DNA from: Nymphaea colorata
Taxonomy: Eukaryota
DNA length: 64,000 nucleotides
Assembly (NCBI RefSeq): GCF_008831285.2
Contig: NC_045138.2
Coordinates: forward strand, 16,554,001-16,618,000
Direction: 5' to 3'
This document shows positions 46,677 through 59,894 of this stretch, in pieces (positions within the stretch are counted from its first letter, which is position 1; the number at the start of each line of letters is the position of its first letter). The position numbers were made by a program, and so were the translations under genes. Under the pieces are notes generated by a model. The model was not told the DNA's origin, ran no database searches, and was given only the letters and a program-made list of their open reading frames with translations.

Positions 46677-47263
46677 TTGGACCCATAAGTTTTTTGCTTT
46701 TTTTTTTTGGGTGATGTGATTTGTATTAAATGAAAATGTCATTTTTTGCTTCTAACACAAGACCTGCAACAAAATAATGTGGATGTATAACATAGGAAGA
46801 ACGTATTTATGCTCGAGTTTACAATAATTACCTTGCGTGTAATGCCCAAGCATGTCCGGTCCATAACTGCTTTCGTTAGGCCCCATTTGTCGGCCTCAAA
46901 TAAATCCCTGGCTATGTTTTTCTTCTCAAATTTGACTTAGGGGTCTTCATTATTATGCTAAATTCGATTACGTAGTCCTAACATTGTATGTGTTTTTTTT
47001 TTGTTCATATATGGTAAACCAATAATTTAGATTGCACTAAAACTTAAAAGAAAAAAACAAAAGCGCCATACTTTCCCATTATTATATTCAATCAGGGAGC
47101 AAGCTTTATACTGTACAACACTGTTAAATACGTCAACATTTAACAGGTTCATAAATTATGTCAAAACGTACAAGCAATTATATTTGTCGCTGACATAAAA
47201 TTAAGCGTGATATATATATATATATATATAACAAATCCTCACCATTTTGACCTCCATCCAGTC

Positions 47264-47400
47264 ACAACATTAAACAATCTGATGCGAAATATATATATAC
47301 AACATTAAAGAAATTTTCCGTCAAAATTTGGTTGGAGAAATATATATATACAACATTAAACAATCTGATGGGAAAGGTTGAAGAAATATATATATACAAT
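47264..47400. repeat. Patchwork short direct repeats
   Basis: gaaatatatatatacaa three times and acaacattaaacaatctgatg twice. Confidence 0.8.
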
Positions 47401-50400
47401 GTCACATAGCCGTCTCGCAAAAGCTATCGTCTGAAACTTATGAACGATTGAGAGTAAAAACATAGAAAAAAAATGTGAAGTGATAATAGATGACAAAAAT
47501 ATTTATTATTTATTTATTTTTTATTGCAACCATCTATCATATTAAATTGGACGGTCTTGATTAAATGGTTATATATATATATATACCTTTCGTATGTATG
47601 TACGTGGGTGCACGCATCTCTTACCATAAATCCAAAGGCCAATTTTTAAATATAGACAGATATGGGCTGATCTGATGCGGCCAATTCTGCCAGCTACCAC
47701 CAGTCGACATATATTTAAATAAAATAAAAGTACAATTAAAAATACTAAATACCGATGCGGCCGATGCATATCTCTCCTTGAGAATTCTGAAAAACACTGA
47801 CAGCATTGCATTGGTCCAAGAAAAACTTATTAAACTTACGAAATTTTCAAAGCCATTTATTTTATATCAAAATAACAACGTAAATTGAACTGGTAAAGTT
47901 TCTGCCCGAACTTCATATTATCTTTAAGAAATAGCAAAAATATTTGCATTTTTGTCTTTACATGTATAAATATGCGCAGGACCTTAGTTTAGCGATCCGA
48001 GACGTAAGTTTTTCAAAAAGATAAATACAATGCTCACTGTCTGAACACCCCAGACTGCGGCGTGCTTTTCCATGGTCAAAAGTGTTTGAACTTTGACTCA
48101 CTCTCAAACATATGGACCCACATATCCAGATCCAAAACCATGGTCCTTCACTTTTAACTATGGCAAAATCAAAGTGGATTATTTGGTTTTGAACGGGCCA
48201 AAGAAGTCCATACCCAAAAAACAATCTTAAAACTTTTTAGGGCCGTTTGGCAACAGTAACATATTGTCGCTCGCTCTTATGTCTCAAAAAGCATCGTACA
48301 TTTCCATAAATCTACTTGATTTTTTAGGTATACTTATTGGATAATAACAGCATATCACAGTTTTACGAATTTATCCAAAAAAATTGATATAAGTTAATGT
48401 AACAAATCCTCAATCCTTGAATTCTAAAATAATGTGTTTGATAGGAAGAACATCGTGTTGTTAGAACAAATGTTCTTAAAAGACATGTTGGAAGAATATT
48501 ATGTTTTTTCTTTATTTCTGCTGCAGACCTGGCTACCAGATGATCACCCTCAGCTTTTATGAATTTACGTTTTTCTTTATTTGTAAAATATAATTTGATT
48601 TTAAAACAATCTCACCTACCCTCATATAGTTTGATGGATACTAAATGCGCCCCATAACAAGGAGAATCCAGCTTCAAAAAAGCCAGAAAACCGGGATATT
48701 ATGGGGCTATTAATGTTGTGTTATGCTGTATAAAATATGAGATGGTGTTCCATACAAGTGCAGCAAGAACACTATGTTCTTCTTATCAAACAATCGGCCT
48801 TCAACAAATACATTTTCGTTCAGTTTGTGCACGAAATTGACGCTCACAAAAGCCGAACAACGTGTGCGCTTCTACCCTCCTTTTGGATGTACTGTCAAAA
48901 GCAGATTATTTGAGCCCCTGGTTTTCCATGGTGCTGGAACAAGACGGTGTGGCATCAAGAAAGTTGGCCCACGGGTGGTGAAAAAGGTTGATGCCGCCAT
49001 GCTTAAAGCTGAAGGATTGTGGTAGGTAATCCAACAGCAGCGTGATCCTCCCGGGTAATTCTCTCCATAATGCTCTGCCTCATAGAAAAGATGCTGTGTG
49101 CATATGCAGATCGATATGAAACAATTGATTTCTGGTCTCCATAAGAAGCCAAACAATTGCATGTTGCCGACAATTTTAGGAAGATAAAGAAGAAAGAGAG
49201 AAGAGAGAGAAAGAAAGAAAGAGATGGCACAAGTAGGAAAGAAAGAAAGAGAGAGAGGGAGAGAGGGTGTGCACATGGTATGACACTTTTGAAAAGCATG
49301 CGGACCCCAAGTCTATCTTTTGCAGAGAAGTATATGTTTGCAGTACATACCATATACTTTTATGGTAGTCAAGAATATTATATGTTTCTTTTTAATGTAT
49401 GTTCCGGGCATGCAATATACTTTATTGTAGTTGAGAATATTATACTTCATTTACTAAAAACTCCCCCTTTCTCTTTCAATGCAATCAAACCTTTGAGAAC
49501 AGAGCCACTGGTGCTCTGTATAACTGCAAAACTATGGTGCATTTGTTGTTTTCTTCGGTTAAGGAGCTGGTTCTCCTGCTTCAAAATTGACCACAGAAAA
49601 CTTTTTTTTTTTTTCTAGAAAGAGAAAGCCCATGAGCTTTCCAAAATTGACCTGTCAATGTGACCTTGGTGAGTGGGCTGAGAAAGTCTACCATGACCCA
49701 CGAGGTTTGGTTTGCTTTCTATCATAGCAGTTATCTTCAACAACAAAAGTCCCGATCTTTTCCTCGCCAAATCTAACTAATCCTCCAGCTGGTTATCTTT
49801 TCCCCTTCTTCTTCTCCTCTCCTGTAGTTGTACATCTCAGAAATTAAGAAGACACAATAAAATATGTAAAAGTTATTGACTATATGTGGGAAAGAACTCA
49901 AAACGCAGTATTTTGGGTTTTCAACATCTCATTCTCTTTATTCTCTGTGCAAAAAGAAGTCATCGCAGGATGGCAGCGTTGTTGATAACACCTAGCACAG
50001 AAGCACCGATAAGAGTATTTCTTACAGAGCCTCCATGAGAGCACACTTGTTTGCTGCTGAGCCCATGCCACCTACTGTTACTGTACTGTAGCGCAAATGT
50101 CCATGTCTGTTTTCCATTTCATTGTCAATTTTCTACCACCACAATGACAAAGAAGCTTTGACACTTAGTAAATTTGGCAGAAAAAGAGGTAAGTCTGATA
50201 TCTTGGAAAGATTTAAGACACTTGGGGAGTCATGTGATAATGAAAAATGCATGACGTTAAAATTTTTTTTTGACCTTTTTAGCGAAAGGAAAAGGAGAGA
50301 AGAACAGAAGGAATCCCTTCCCTGTCCATCGATGAAACATGAAAGGTCCCAATTACCATTTCATTAATATTGTGGACCACCTTTCTGCTACTTGAGAAAA

Positions 50401-51013
50401 ATGCCAACTTGCAAATTTCCCTTTTCCTGAACAAAACAAGTCTTCCTTGTCAAATTTATTCATGCTGTTCCAAGCGGCTATGCTTCCAAGGGTACTGTCT
50501 CGTACTAAGCAGAGGGTCCACTCCCCACACCAATTTCTCCGATGTGGAATCCAAGGATACCCAAGTAAATTAACAGATGAAACAGAAAACATAAGAAATT
50601 TTTGATGCTGCAGCAAAAGTTTTTTTTTTTCCTAATCAAAAAGTTGAAAACTTATTAAAATCCAAAAAGTTTCCCTCCAATCTTGAAAACATCATTATTC
50701 TATTGCGTAACCACCGCCAAGCTCCGGTAACTCATAAAAAGTAAATGAACAAACGAGTAATCCAAGGATGAGAACCCTCTAACCCACCAAATTCCGTTGC
50801 GCATTATAAAAACCTAGAAGGGAACCTGGAATTTTATCATCAGAGTGCTTATGCCAAAGAGAAAAGAGCCAGTGACGGTGGAGCAGCAACACTGGTAGTA
50901 GTGGCAAGATCAGAAGGCAGGGAGCTTTAAGGCTCTCTGTCTTTTTCCACCACTTCAGAGAAAGAAAGAAAGGAGCCAGTTCCCTTCATAGGAGTTGCAA
51001 CTCAGATTCAACA

Positions 51014-54000
51014 ATGCTATTCCCAACAAGAATATGTTGCTTTAATCTTTCCTTCGTCTCTCTCTCTTTGTTGCTCTTGTTAACTTTGGTGGGCAATGTA
51101 CTTTCTGGTGTGACCTATGACCGCAAGGCCATCGTCATCAATGGGCAGAGAAGAATTCTTATCTCTGGTTCTATTCACTACCCCAGAAGCACCCCCGAGG
51201 TACCAATCTTATTTTTCGTTGAAACTTTTTTGCTTTAATATTTTGCCATATTTATCCTTTTTGTTATTTTTCTTAGTGTTTTGTGGCCTTCTTTGGATTT
51301 TATAGATGTGGGAAGATCTAATTCAGAAGGCAAAAGATGGAGGCCTTGATGTTATACAGACTTATGTGTTCTGGAACGTGCATGAGCCTTCTCCTGGAAA
51401 TGTATGTGGGTTCTCTTTCTTTCATCCCATCCTTTTCCCTTTTTTTTTCCTCTTTAGCTCTATGTTCTTTGGTTTTCCATGTTGGCATTTATTTTGTTTC
51501 CAGTTTGACGGATTTTCTGCTCGAGTGGAGTGTAGCTAGTGTGCGTTATACAAACGGTTCATATTTCAAGCTCCTCTTATCCTGGGGATTGTTACATTTT
51601 TTTTTCCACTTTTCATGCATTTTTTTAGTTTCGTTTCTCAAACAATTGATCCTACGGCTAATCTCTGAAGCTGTTGCCTAACAAACCTGTTTCCAATTGT
51701 CCTCCTCCTATGAATATGTAGTTATTGAAACGCTTTGATTTGCTGGATGGCTTTTTAGCACGCTAGATTTGTCTGTGCTTTCAGTTCGAACGTGTTCTGT
51801 GGATTAATTTGGTCTGCATTTTCCGCTATCTGGACGTCTGACACTATGGTAAAACATTTTCAGTATAATTTCGAAGGAAGGTTCGATCTTGTTCGGTTTA
51901 TTAAGACCGTCCAGCGAGCTGGTCTTTTCGTTCATTTGCGAATTGGGCCCTATGTCTGCGCAGAATGGAATTTTGGGTATCTTTCTCTTGCACTTAAATC
52001 TCTGGTTTGGTTCGTTTGCTCTTCTGGCTTCTGGTTATTTATGTGGTTTCTGTACCTTGTGGCAGGGGACTTCCTGTTTGGTTAAAGTATGTTCCTGGAA
52101 TCAGTTTCAGAACAGATAATGGTCCTTTCAAGGTCTTTACTCCATTGACAATCTTTAGTATAGATTTTGGTGTTGCTTTAGCATCCTTATTTATAATAAT
52201 CGATGAGTCCCTCACATAGAGAGCCTTTCTCTTCTTGTTTCTTGCAAGACGCTTCATTCATGGTTTTTCTGTTGGATGCAGATGGCAATGCAGAAGTTCA
52301 CGGAGCAAATTGTGTCAATGATGAAGAGTGAAAAGCTCTTTGAATCTCAAGGAGGGCCTATCATCTTGTCTCAGGTACTAATCTTTAAGTTTTTCCCTCT
52401 TCCACTATTTCCCGTTATGTTTAGCTCATTTGTCAATTTGTTGCAATATTGGTTTGATTGAGAAACTAACATGCACAAGGTTTCGTTTGGTTCTTGCAGA
52501 TTGAGAACGAGTATGGTTTAGAGGCCAAGGCACTAGGGCCTGCAGGTCATGCATATATGACATGGGCTGCAAACATGGCAGTGGGGACAGAAACAGGTGT
52601 TCCGTGGGTGATGTGCAAAGAAGATGATGCCCCTGATCCTGTGGTAAAAAATTAGCACCTTTTTCATGATTTGATGTTCTTTGCTCAATCCTCAATATAC
52701 TATTTTATATATGCTTTTAGTATGATATTTTTCAGTCTGCTGCATGACTTCAAATTCTTTGAGATGCTGAGTATGTTTCATGACTAATCTTATCACAGAT
52801 CAATACATGCAATGGTTTCTATTGTGATTACTTTTCTCCCAACAAACCTTATAAGCCTACAATGTGGACGGAGGCATGGAGTGGCTGGTAATTTTGCTAT
52901 TTATATGTTATAGCTCAAAATCTTGTTTTTTAGGTGAATTGATCTCCTATAAAGAAGTTAAACGAAAGTTTATTTGGTGATGGTGTTTCTCACTCCATTA
53001 TAGTATTACCAATTATTGTGACTCAATTTCTTCTTGCTCGGTTATATTGCAGGTTTACAGAGTTTGGTGGTACACTTCGTGAAAGGCCAGTAGAAGACTT
53101 AGCATTTGCAGTTGCTCGTTTCATCCAAAAGGGTGGTTCCTTTGTTAACTATTACATGGTAATTTCTCAGAGAATATGGACTTGTTATGTGCTTTTTATG
53201 TTTATAAACTATAGTCTATATTGGAGTAAACGGAATTTAAACTGCAGTATCATGGAGGAACAAATTTTGGGCGAACTGCTGGAGGGCCTTTTATCACAAC
53301 GAGCTATGACTATGATGCCCCAATTGATGAATATGGTAACATGCCTGATCCACATTTGGCCATGTAGGAAGTTCAGTTTTTATTTTTTAGTTTAACTTTT
53401 CTGCATATCGTCATATTTGGTCATGCCTGAGTTGACATCATTCAAATGCTGAATGTTGGTGAATCCTTTCTTAGCTTCTATGGAGCTATAGAAATTTAAG
53501 TTTTATCTAAAAAATATTATTAAAAATGTGCCCAACTTTTAATGACATAGAAAAAGCGGACTCCAATTTTCAATCAATTACCTTTCCATGTTATAGCCAA
53601 CTTTTACATGGGCGATGTCAAGTTTGATATTGAAAAGAACTAAGGATCTAAATGGTTCTTAGGTTCCTGAAATTCTAATCTATGTTTGCCATCTCCCTTT
53701 TAGTTTCTAACAGCTTCTCTGGCAGGTATGATCAGGCAACCAAAGTGGGGGCATCTCAAAGAGCTGCACAGGGCAATTAAACTCTGTGAGCATGCCTTAG
53801 TTTCTGCGGATCCAATTGTGACTAATCTAGGAAATTTCCAGCAGGTCTATTATCATTTAGCTTTCTAAGCCTCTGCTTATGTATATAAGCTCCTTAGGAG
53901 CTCATCTGTTCAATGAACTGAAGTAGATTTGTTGACACTGCAGGCTCATGTCTTCTCTTCAGAATCAGGTGGATGTGCAGCCTTCCTGACAAATACTGAT

Positions 54001-57000
54001 CCAAAACTTACTGCAAGAGTGTTTTTCAACAATATGCACTATTATCTACCTCCTTGGTCAACCAGCATCCTTCCAGACTGCAGAAACGTAGTATTTAACA
54101 CAGCCAAAGTGAGTCGAAGACAAGTTTCATTATAGAATCCTTTAATGAATCATTTTTGTTGCGACCTAAATGAATCTTGGCAAAATCAGGCTGTGGAGAC
54201 TCTCCATGTGTTGAACAGTTATAATCAGATATGATGTTCATAGAACTTTTGCTAAACACTAGCTGCTAATGGATGTTAATCACAGGTAGGAGTACAGACA
54301 TCAAAGACGCAAATGTCCCTAGGCAGTAGCCGATCTCTTTCTTGGGAGACATATGATGAAAATATCAACTCCTATGAAGATAACTCAATGACAATGGTTG
54401 GATTGTTGGAGCAAATAAATGTCACTAGAGATACCACTGATTACCTGTGGTACAAGACAAGGCAAGCAACTTAGCTGCAGACTTTAGGATTCATCCCCTC
54501 TCCCATTTCTCATATAATTCATTTATCATTGTCTCTGTTCCAGTATCTATATTGATCATTCTGAAGCTTTTCTGCGGAATGGCCAACATCCTGTTCTTTA
54601 TGTTCACTCAGCAGGGCATGCCTTGCATGTTTTTGTGAATGGGCAGCTTGCAGGTACTTTATCTTCTTTCAACCTTTTTTGCTTCTACCAGTAATTTTCC
54701 TAAGAGAAACTAATAGGAGATTTCCCCATCTGAGTTCTTGTTCTCTTTCTTGATCTCAGGAACTGCATATGGAAATGGTGAAAATCGCCAATTTACTTTT
54801 ACTGGTAATGTAAACCTGCGAGCTGGAGAAAATATCATTGCCCTCCTAAGTGTAGCTGTTGGTTTGCCGGTTAGTTTTTTAACATATTCTTATTATTCTA
54901 TTTTGATCCTAGCTCATAATTTTCAGCAGAAAAATGTCACTTTCATTCTCAAGGCATTACTTTTCTGACAAGCTCCCTTTTCTGGAATTTTCTTGTCTGA
55001 AGAACATCGGCATGCATTATGAATCTTGGAACACAGGCGTTCTTGGTCCAGTTGTGCTCAAGGGTCTTAACAAAGGAAACTGGGATTTGACCTGGCAGAA
55101 ATGGACTTACCAGGTGCATACTTTGACTTTGAATTGGAATAGACTGGAAGAATTAAAACATCTCTACCTGAGATACTTATCAACATAGTCTTCAGGTTTA
55201 CACGTTACTGTTGTTCCTTGTTGATGGAACTGAAACTTAATGCATTAAATTCTCTCTTTAGGTTTTTGATGAGATGATAAGAAATCTCTCAACTTGTCCA
55301 AATAGCAGTTAATTTGTGGAGTACATTAAAATTTTCGAAAACGATTAACTTCCATAAATATAACTTCTTTTATGCAGGTTGGTTTGAAGGGAGAAAATTT
55401 GAATCTGCACTCTCTGGAAGGGGTTTCTTCTGTGGAATGGGCACAAGGGTCACTATTTTCAAGGAAAACTCAACCACTAACTTGGTACAAGGTAATAACC
55501 AGGGAAGGTGACCATGCACTTGTATAGTCCTGGAAAAATTATTTATTGATTCCTTACTGTGGGTTCATTGTTAGGCCTATTTTGATGCACCTTCTGGTAG
55601 AGATCCACTAGCTTTGGACATGGGCAGCATGAAAAAGGGCCAAGTATGGATTAATGGACAAAGCATTGGAAGATACTGGCCAGCAAATATTGCACAGGGT
55701 GACTGTGGCGAATGCAGATATACTGGGACTTTCCGACAGCAAAAATGCCAAAGTGGCTGTGGACTACCCACTCAACGCTGGTGAGTAACTTTAACTTTAA
55801 CAGGATCATATGCTTTGATTGTTAAATATTTTTGAATAACTGATTTGTGGAATTAGACCTCATCTCTATGGTGTTTATGGCATCATATCTTTGATTTACT
55901 GATGCACCTGGGGTTTACACAATGACAATAACTGCTATAAAGTGCAGTGATGCCCTTGCAACAGGTTTTGACTATATTTTATTAATTACCCATTATATTA
56001 GTCATCCTTTTGGAAGTTCTAATATTTCTTAAGATGTGTCTCTTCTTCCATTAGCATCATGGATGTTGGTAGACAACAGTCTGGGCATCTACCTTCTTTC
56101 AAAAGTGTCCTAAAAATTCTTGATTTTGAGATTGAAATATAAGATAGCTTCTGACAGAGAAAATAATCAAACTCTGCTCCCAGATGCTGATTTGACAGGG
56201 TATTTGGAAAGAAAAAATAACTGAGCTAGTTTTGGGTTTTCTCTTTTGATGTTGACTGTGAACTGGGGAGAGTAGTCAGAATACATAGTCTCACTGTAGT
56301 CCATCATTGTGCAATTAAACTACTCTTCTAGTAGATTGGATTTTGGTCACCTCTTTCGTTATCTCAGAATTTGTTCAAACAGTTGAGTGCAATATGCAGG
56401 TACCATGTGCCCCGTTCATGGGTGCGCCCAACAGGCAACCTCCTTGTAGTATTTGAAGAGATAGGAGGTGATGCATCTGGGATATCCCTAGTTACAAGAT
56501 CTCTGGCAAGTGTCTGTGCAGATGTCTCCGAATTTCATCCTTATTTGAGGAACTGGCACCTTGAAAATTATGGCAAGACAGAAGTGCTACAACAGCCTAA
56601 GATCCATATTCACTGTGAAGAAGGACAAACCATAACAGCAATAAAATTTGCAAGCTTTGGTACTCCACTTGGTTCATGTGGTGATTTCCAGTTGGGAGCT
56701 TGCCATGCTCCAGATTCACATTCAATCCTTGAAAAGGTATGGATTTGTTCTTGGAAACCTTGGACAATGTGTTAGCATATTCTAACATTTCTTGTTGCTC
56801 TCAAAGTCTTAGTTGAAAAGTGGAACATAAAAATTGGCTGCTCAGTGCAGGCGTCTGTGATGGGGCTGAGTTTTGTCAAGTCCATGGTTGATTTAGCCTC
56901 ATTTCGAGGTGTTTCAGGACAATTTGAGTTGTATATTAAATGAGTCTCCCCTCTGCAAGTAATCAGAAGACTTGCCTAGTTGCTTAATGCCTTTATGAGT

Positions 57001-57248
57001 AGTCATGCTTTTCATTGGTCTCTGATGGTTTTTTTCATATTCTTCGTGACTTTCCAAGAAAAGGTTTTTACATTTCACGATGATTGTAATTTCAAGTTTC
57101 TTATTTACTTTTTCACTCCTTGTGCTTTCAGAGTTGCATAGGACAACAGAGATGCTCGGTCGCCGTATCAAACACTGAATTTGGTGGAGACCCATGTCCC
57201 AATATATTGAAAAGAGTAGCTGTGGAAGCCATATGTGGTTATACCTAA
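51014..57248 (+). CDS. BGAL: Beta-galactosidase, glycoside hydrolase family 35 (BGAL3/BGAL5-like) with C-terminal galactose-binding lectin domain, 19 exons, ~848 aa
   Basis: Exons 51014-51199, 51306-51401, 51864-51976, 52066-52132, 52282-52374, 52500-52643, 52799-52887, 53053-53158, 53248-53335, 53726-53844, 53944-54108, 54286-54461, 54544-54653, 54760-54869, 55003-55113, 55378-55491, 55575-55780, 56400-56736, 57132-57248 (2547 nt). Signal peptide, [66 protein letters not shown]. Intron 12 is GC-AG. Confidence 0.98.
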
Positions 57249-57943
57249 ACAAATCTGCGAAGGCACTTATCATAGATGTGAAATTCCTCATATATCAAAT
57301 GTTTTTCTGCTTTGTAATCTAAAAAGTTGAAAGGAAAAAAAGGGCACATAATAGTGTGGCAAAGAAGGTGATTTTATGGGTGGTTGTAGATTGTTCATAG
57401 TAGTGTTTCATTGGTACATGTAATTCTTATGGGGTCTTAATTGTGGCTCTCCATGTATTGGATGTCAGGTTTCGGTCCTTGCCTTAACCGATATTTCCCA
57501 TTTGAAAAATGGAAATGAAAGCAACAAGCTCATTTGCTTTATTTTCAAATGCTCTCTCTCTCTCTCTCCCTCCCTGTAACCACTCCTTTCTGTTTGTCCA
57601 TAAGTAGCCTTTAAGCTTTACGTGCGTGCAGGCGTGTGTTTTATGTGAATATGTGCATGTGTGCGCTTCTTGTTGTATGGTATGTACTAACTTCTAGTGA
57701 ATTATTATGGAATGCATGTGCTAAGACTAGGTGGTTGCACATGGAAGCTTGTTTGGCATTGTATACTTGCATAGTTGCATTCTCCAAGGGATCTCACATG
57801 GCCTCAACAACATGCAATTCATAAGCAGGTATAGCCATGCCCGTGACTGCCTTCTCTCTCTCGCTCGACTTACGCCCGTGAGTGCCTTCTTGCTATCTCT
57901 TGTTTTATAGTATTTTTTGTTGCTTTTCTTACCCATCATGTGA

Positions 57944-57978
<35 letters not shown>

Positions 57979-59894
57979 GAAAATCGTTTTTTCACCATTT
58001 TTTTCTTTTTACCCCCCTCTCCAGTCCCCAAGAAACTAATTTGACTCTCATCCTTTATATGAGCTGCACCTCTCCCTCAATATCTCTCTCTCTCTTGCAG
58101 TAGGGTTTGAGGAGTTTTGGCCACATTTATGAACTTTCGTTTTGTTAAATAGCTACCGGCTGCATTCTTCTCCAATCTAATAAAGCTACTATATAGATCG
58201 GGTGAGAGGGAATATCTTTTGACAAAGTAGCATCCTTTCCACTGGTTCTGATATACTTACACATCTTTATTGAGGAATTGGATTCTGCCGTCACCATATT
58301 AATATCTATGGTGGGATCGGCGCCCACTAAAATCTGACTCCTGTTATCTTTCTTTGCTTTCTTTTTCCTTTCATGACAGAAAAAGTTTCCAAAACGAGGC
58401 GGCCATTACATGGATCCTTTCTTGCATGGGAGAACCATGAGTGAGTCGCAACAACCAATATGTTGGCAACCCCATGAAAAGGTTTATAGGCTGCAGAACG
58501 GAAAAAATTAAGCTTGGTTTTCTCTCTATCTCTAACCTTATGCGATGAACAACTCTCACATATTTTGTACCTTTTGGCTTCTATAGTGAACTCTTATAGA
58601 TTTTGTGCCTTACTATCGAATGCCTCCAACAACAATGCATGCAAATAGTTTTAATTTTGAACAAAAAAGTTTAAGCCGTAGCACAGCTGGTTTAGTTGGC
58701 AGTTTGGTGAAAGTTTAGTTGTCATTTTGACGATGGATGCACGATACTTTAGTTGATGGATGTCTCTCCTCACTCATATCTCGAAACAGCGTTGGATTTT
58801 GGAGGTAGAAAAAATAGGGAGACTTCGGTCTCTTTTGAGTATCTGTCTAATAAAAATGAAAAAAGAAAGGAAATCGTATCAAATCCAAATTATTTGTGTG
58901 CCCATAAGCACATCTCTCTGCCTTTTCTGCTACAAATACTTGACAACAATTTTCGGATTTCACTTGTCACTTTGGGTTTATTGTCTCTTTATTTGTGCAT
59001 ATATATAGTATTTCTAAGAAATCCTTGAGAAGGATGACCGATGGATCCAAGTGGCGTGGATTTTGCTAACTACAAAAGCAAAATTGAAGTTAACAAGATG
59101 GAGAACCTAAAAAACAATATTCTTCTCAAGCCACACGCAACCTATCTTCACCTTTTTTGCTGAAAAACGAATATTTGAAATCTTAAGAGTGCTAAACTTT
59201 TCTCTTTGAATACTTTCAATAATGTTCCTCATGTTACGACCACTAATGCAAAATGTGCTCATTTTATTGGCTTTTGCGACATCGGATGAAAGGGTCTGGT
59301 AGTTAACAAAAGACAACTAGATCAAAATTAGCTATTAATGAAATGGAAAAAAATATTTGTCCTCACAATAAATAAAAGTTTTTTTTTTCATTTTAAGAAG
59401 TTAAAAAATTATTTGTCTACATTCGTCTGATATTCAGAAGGCTTGCATGGTTCATGTGTTTCGGCGATTAAACAAGGCCCTGAAGTAGGTTGGCTTGAGC
59501 TAGCAAAAAAAATCTGTTAGGTATTTCCTTTTTTCATAAGTATATTGAAAAAAAATCTAATTTTTAAGTTGATGAAAATTCACTTCAAACCTTTATTTGA
59601 TAATTTTATGAAAAATGCAAATTTCATTAAAAATTAGAAAATTGTTATATTACAAGTGAAAGATGATCAAAAAGTGAAAATTTCCCCGGTTTGAAAAAGT
59701 GGAAGGTCGATATGAGGCTGGGTTTCGTCCCGTGTTAGGTGACTGATGAGGATACCCGCATTCCTCCATTTCACCATATGGACATTTTCATCTAAAGGTT
59801 ATTTGTCCCGTTTAATTCGAACGGTTGCTGAAACCTCATAGAGAGAGAAGGTGCCATTGCCTGTTCGGACAGTCCTGTTGAGAGAGAGAGAGAG

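Noticed and set aside
47264..47400. Repeat-spacer-like pattern resembling a CRISPR array
   Set aside because: Eukaryotic context, irregular spacing, low-complexity TA core and no cas genes.
48237..48260. TTA-GGGCCGTTTGG, a Tourist/Harbinger-like terminus
   Set aside because: No matching second TIR could be located, so boundaries cannot be given.
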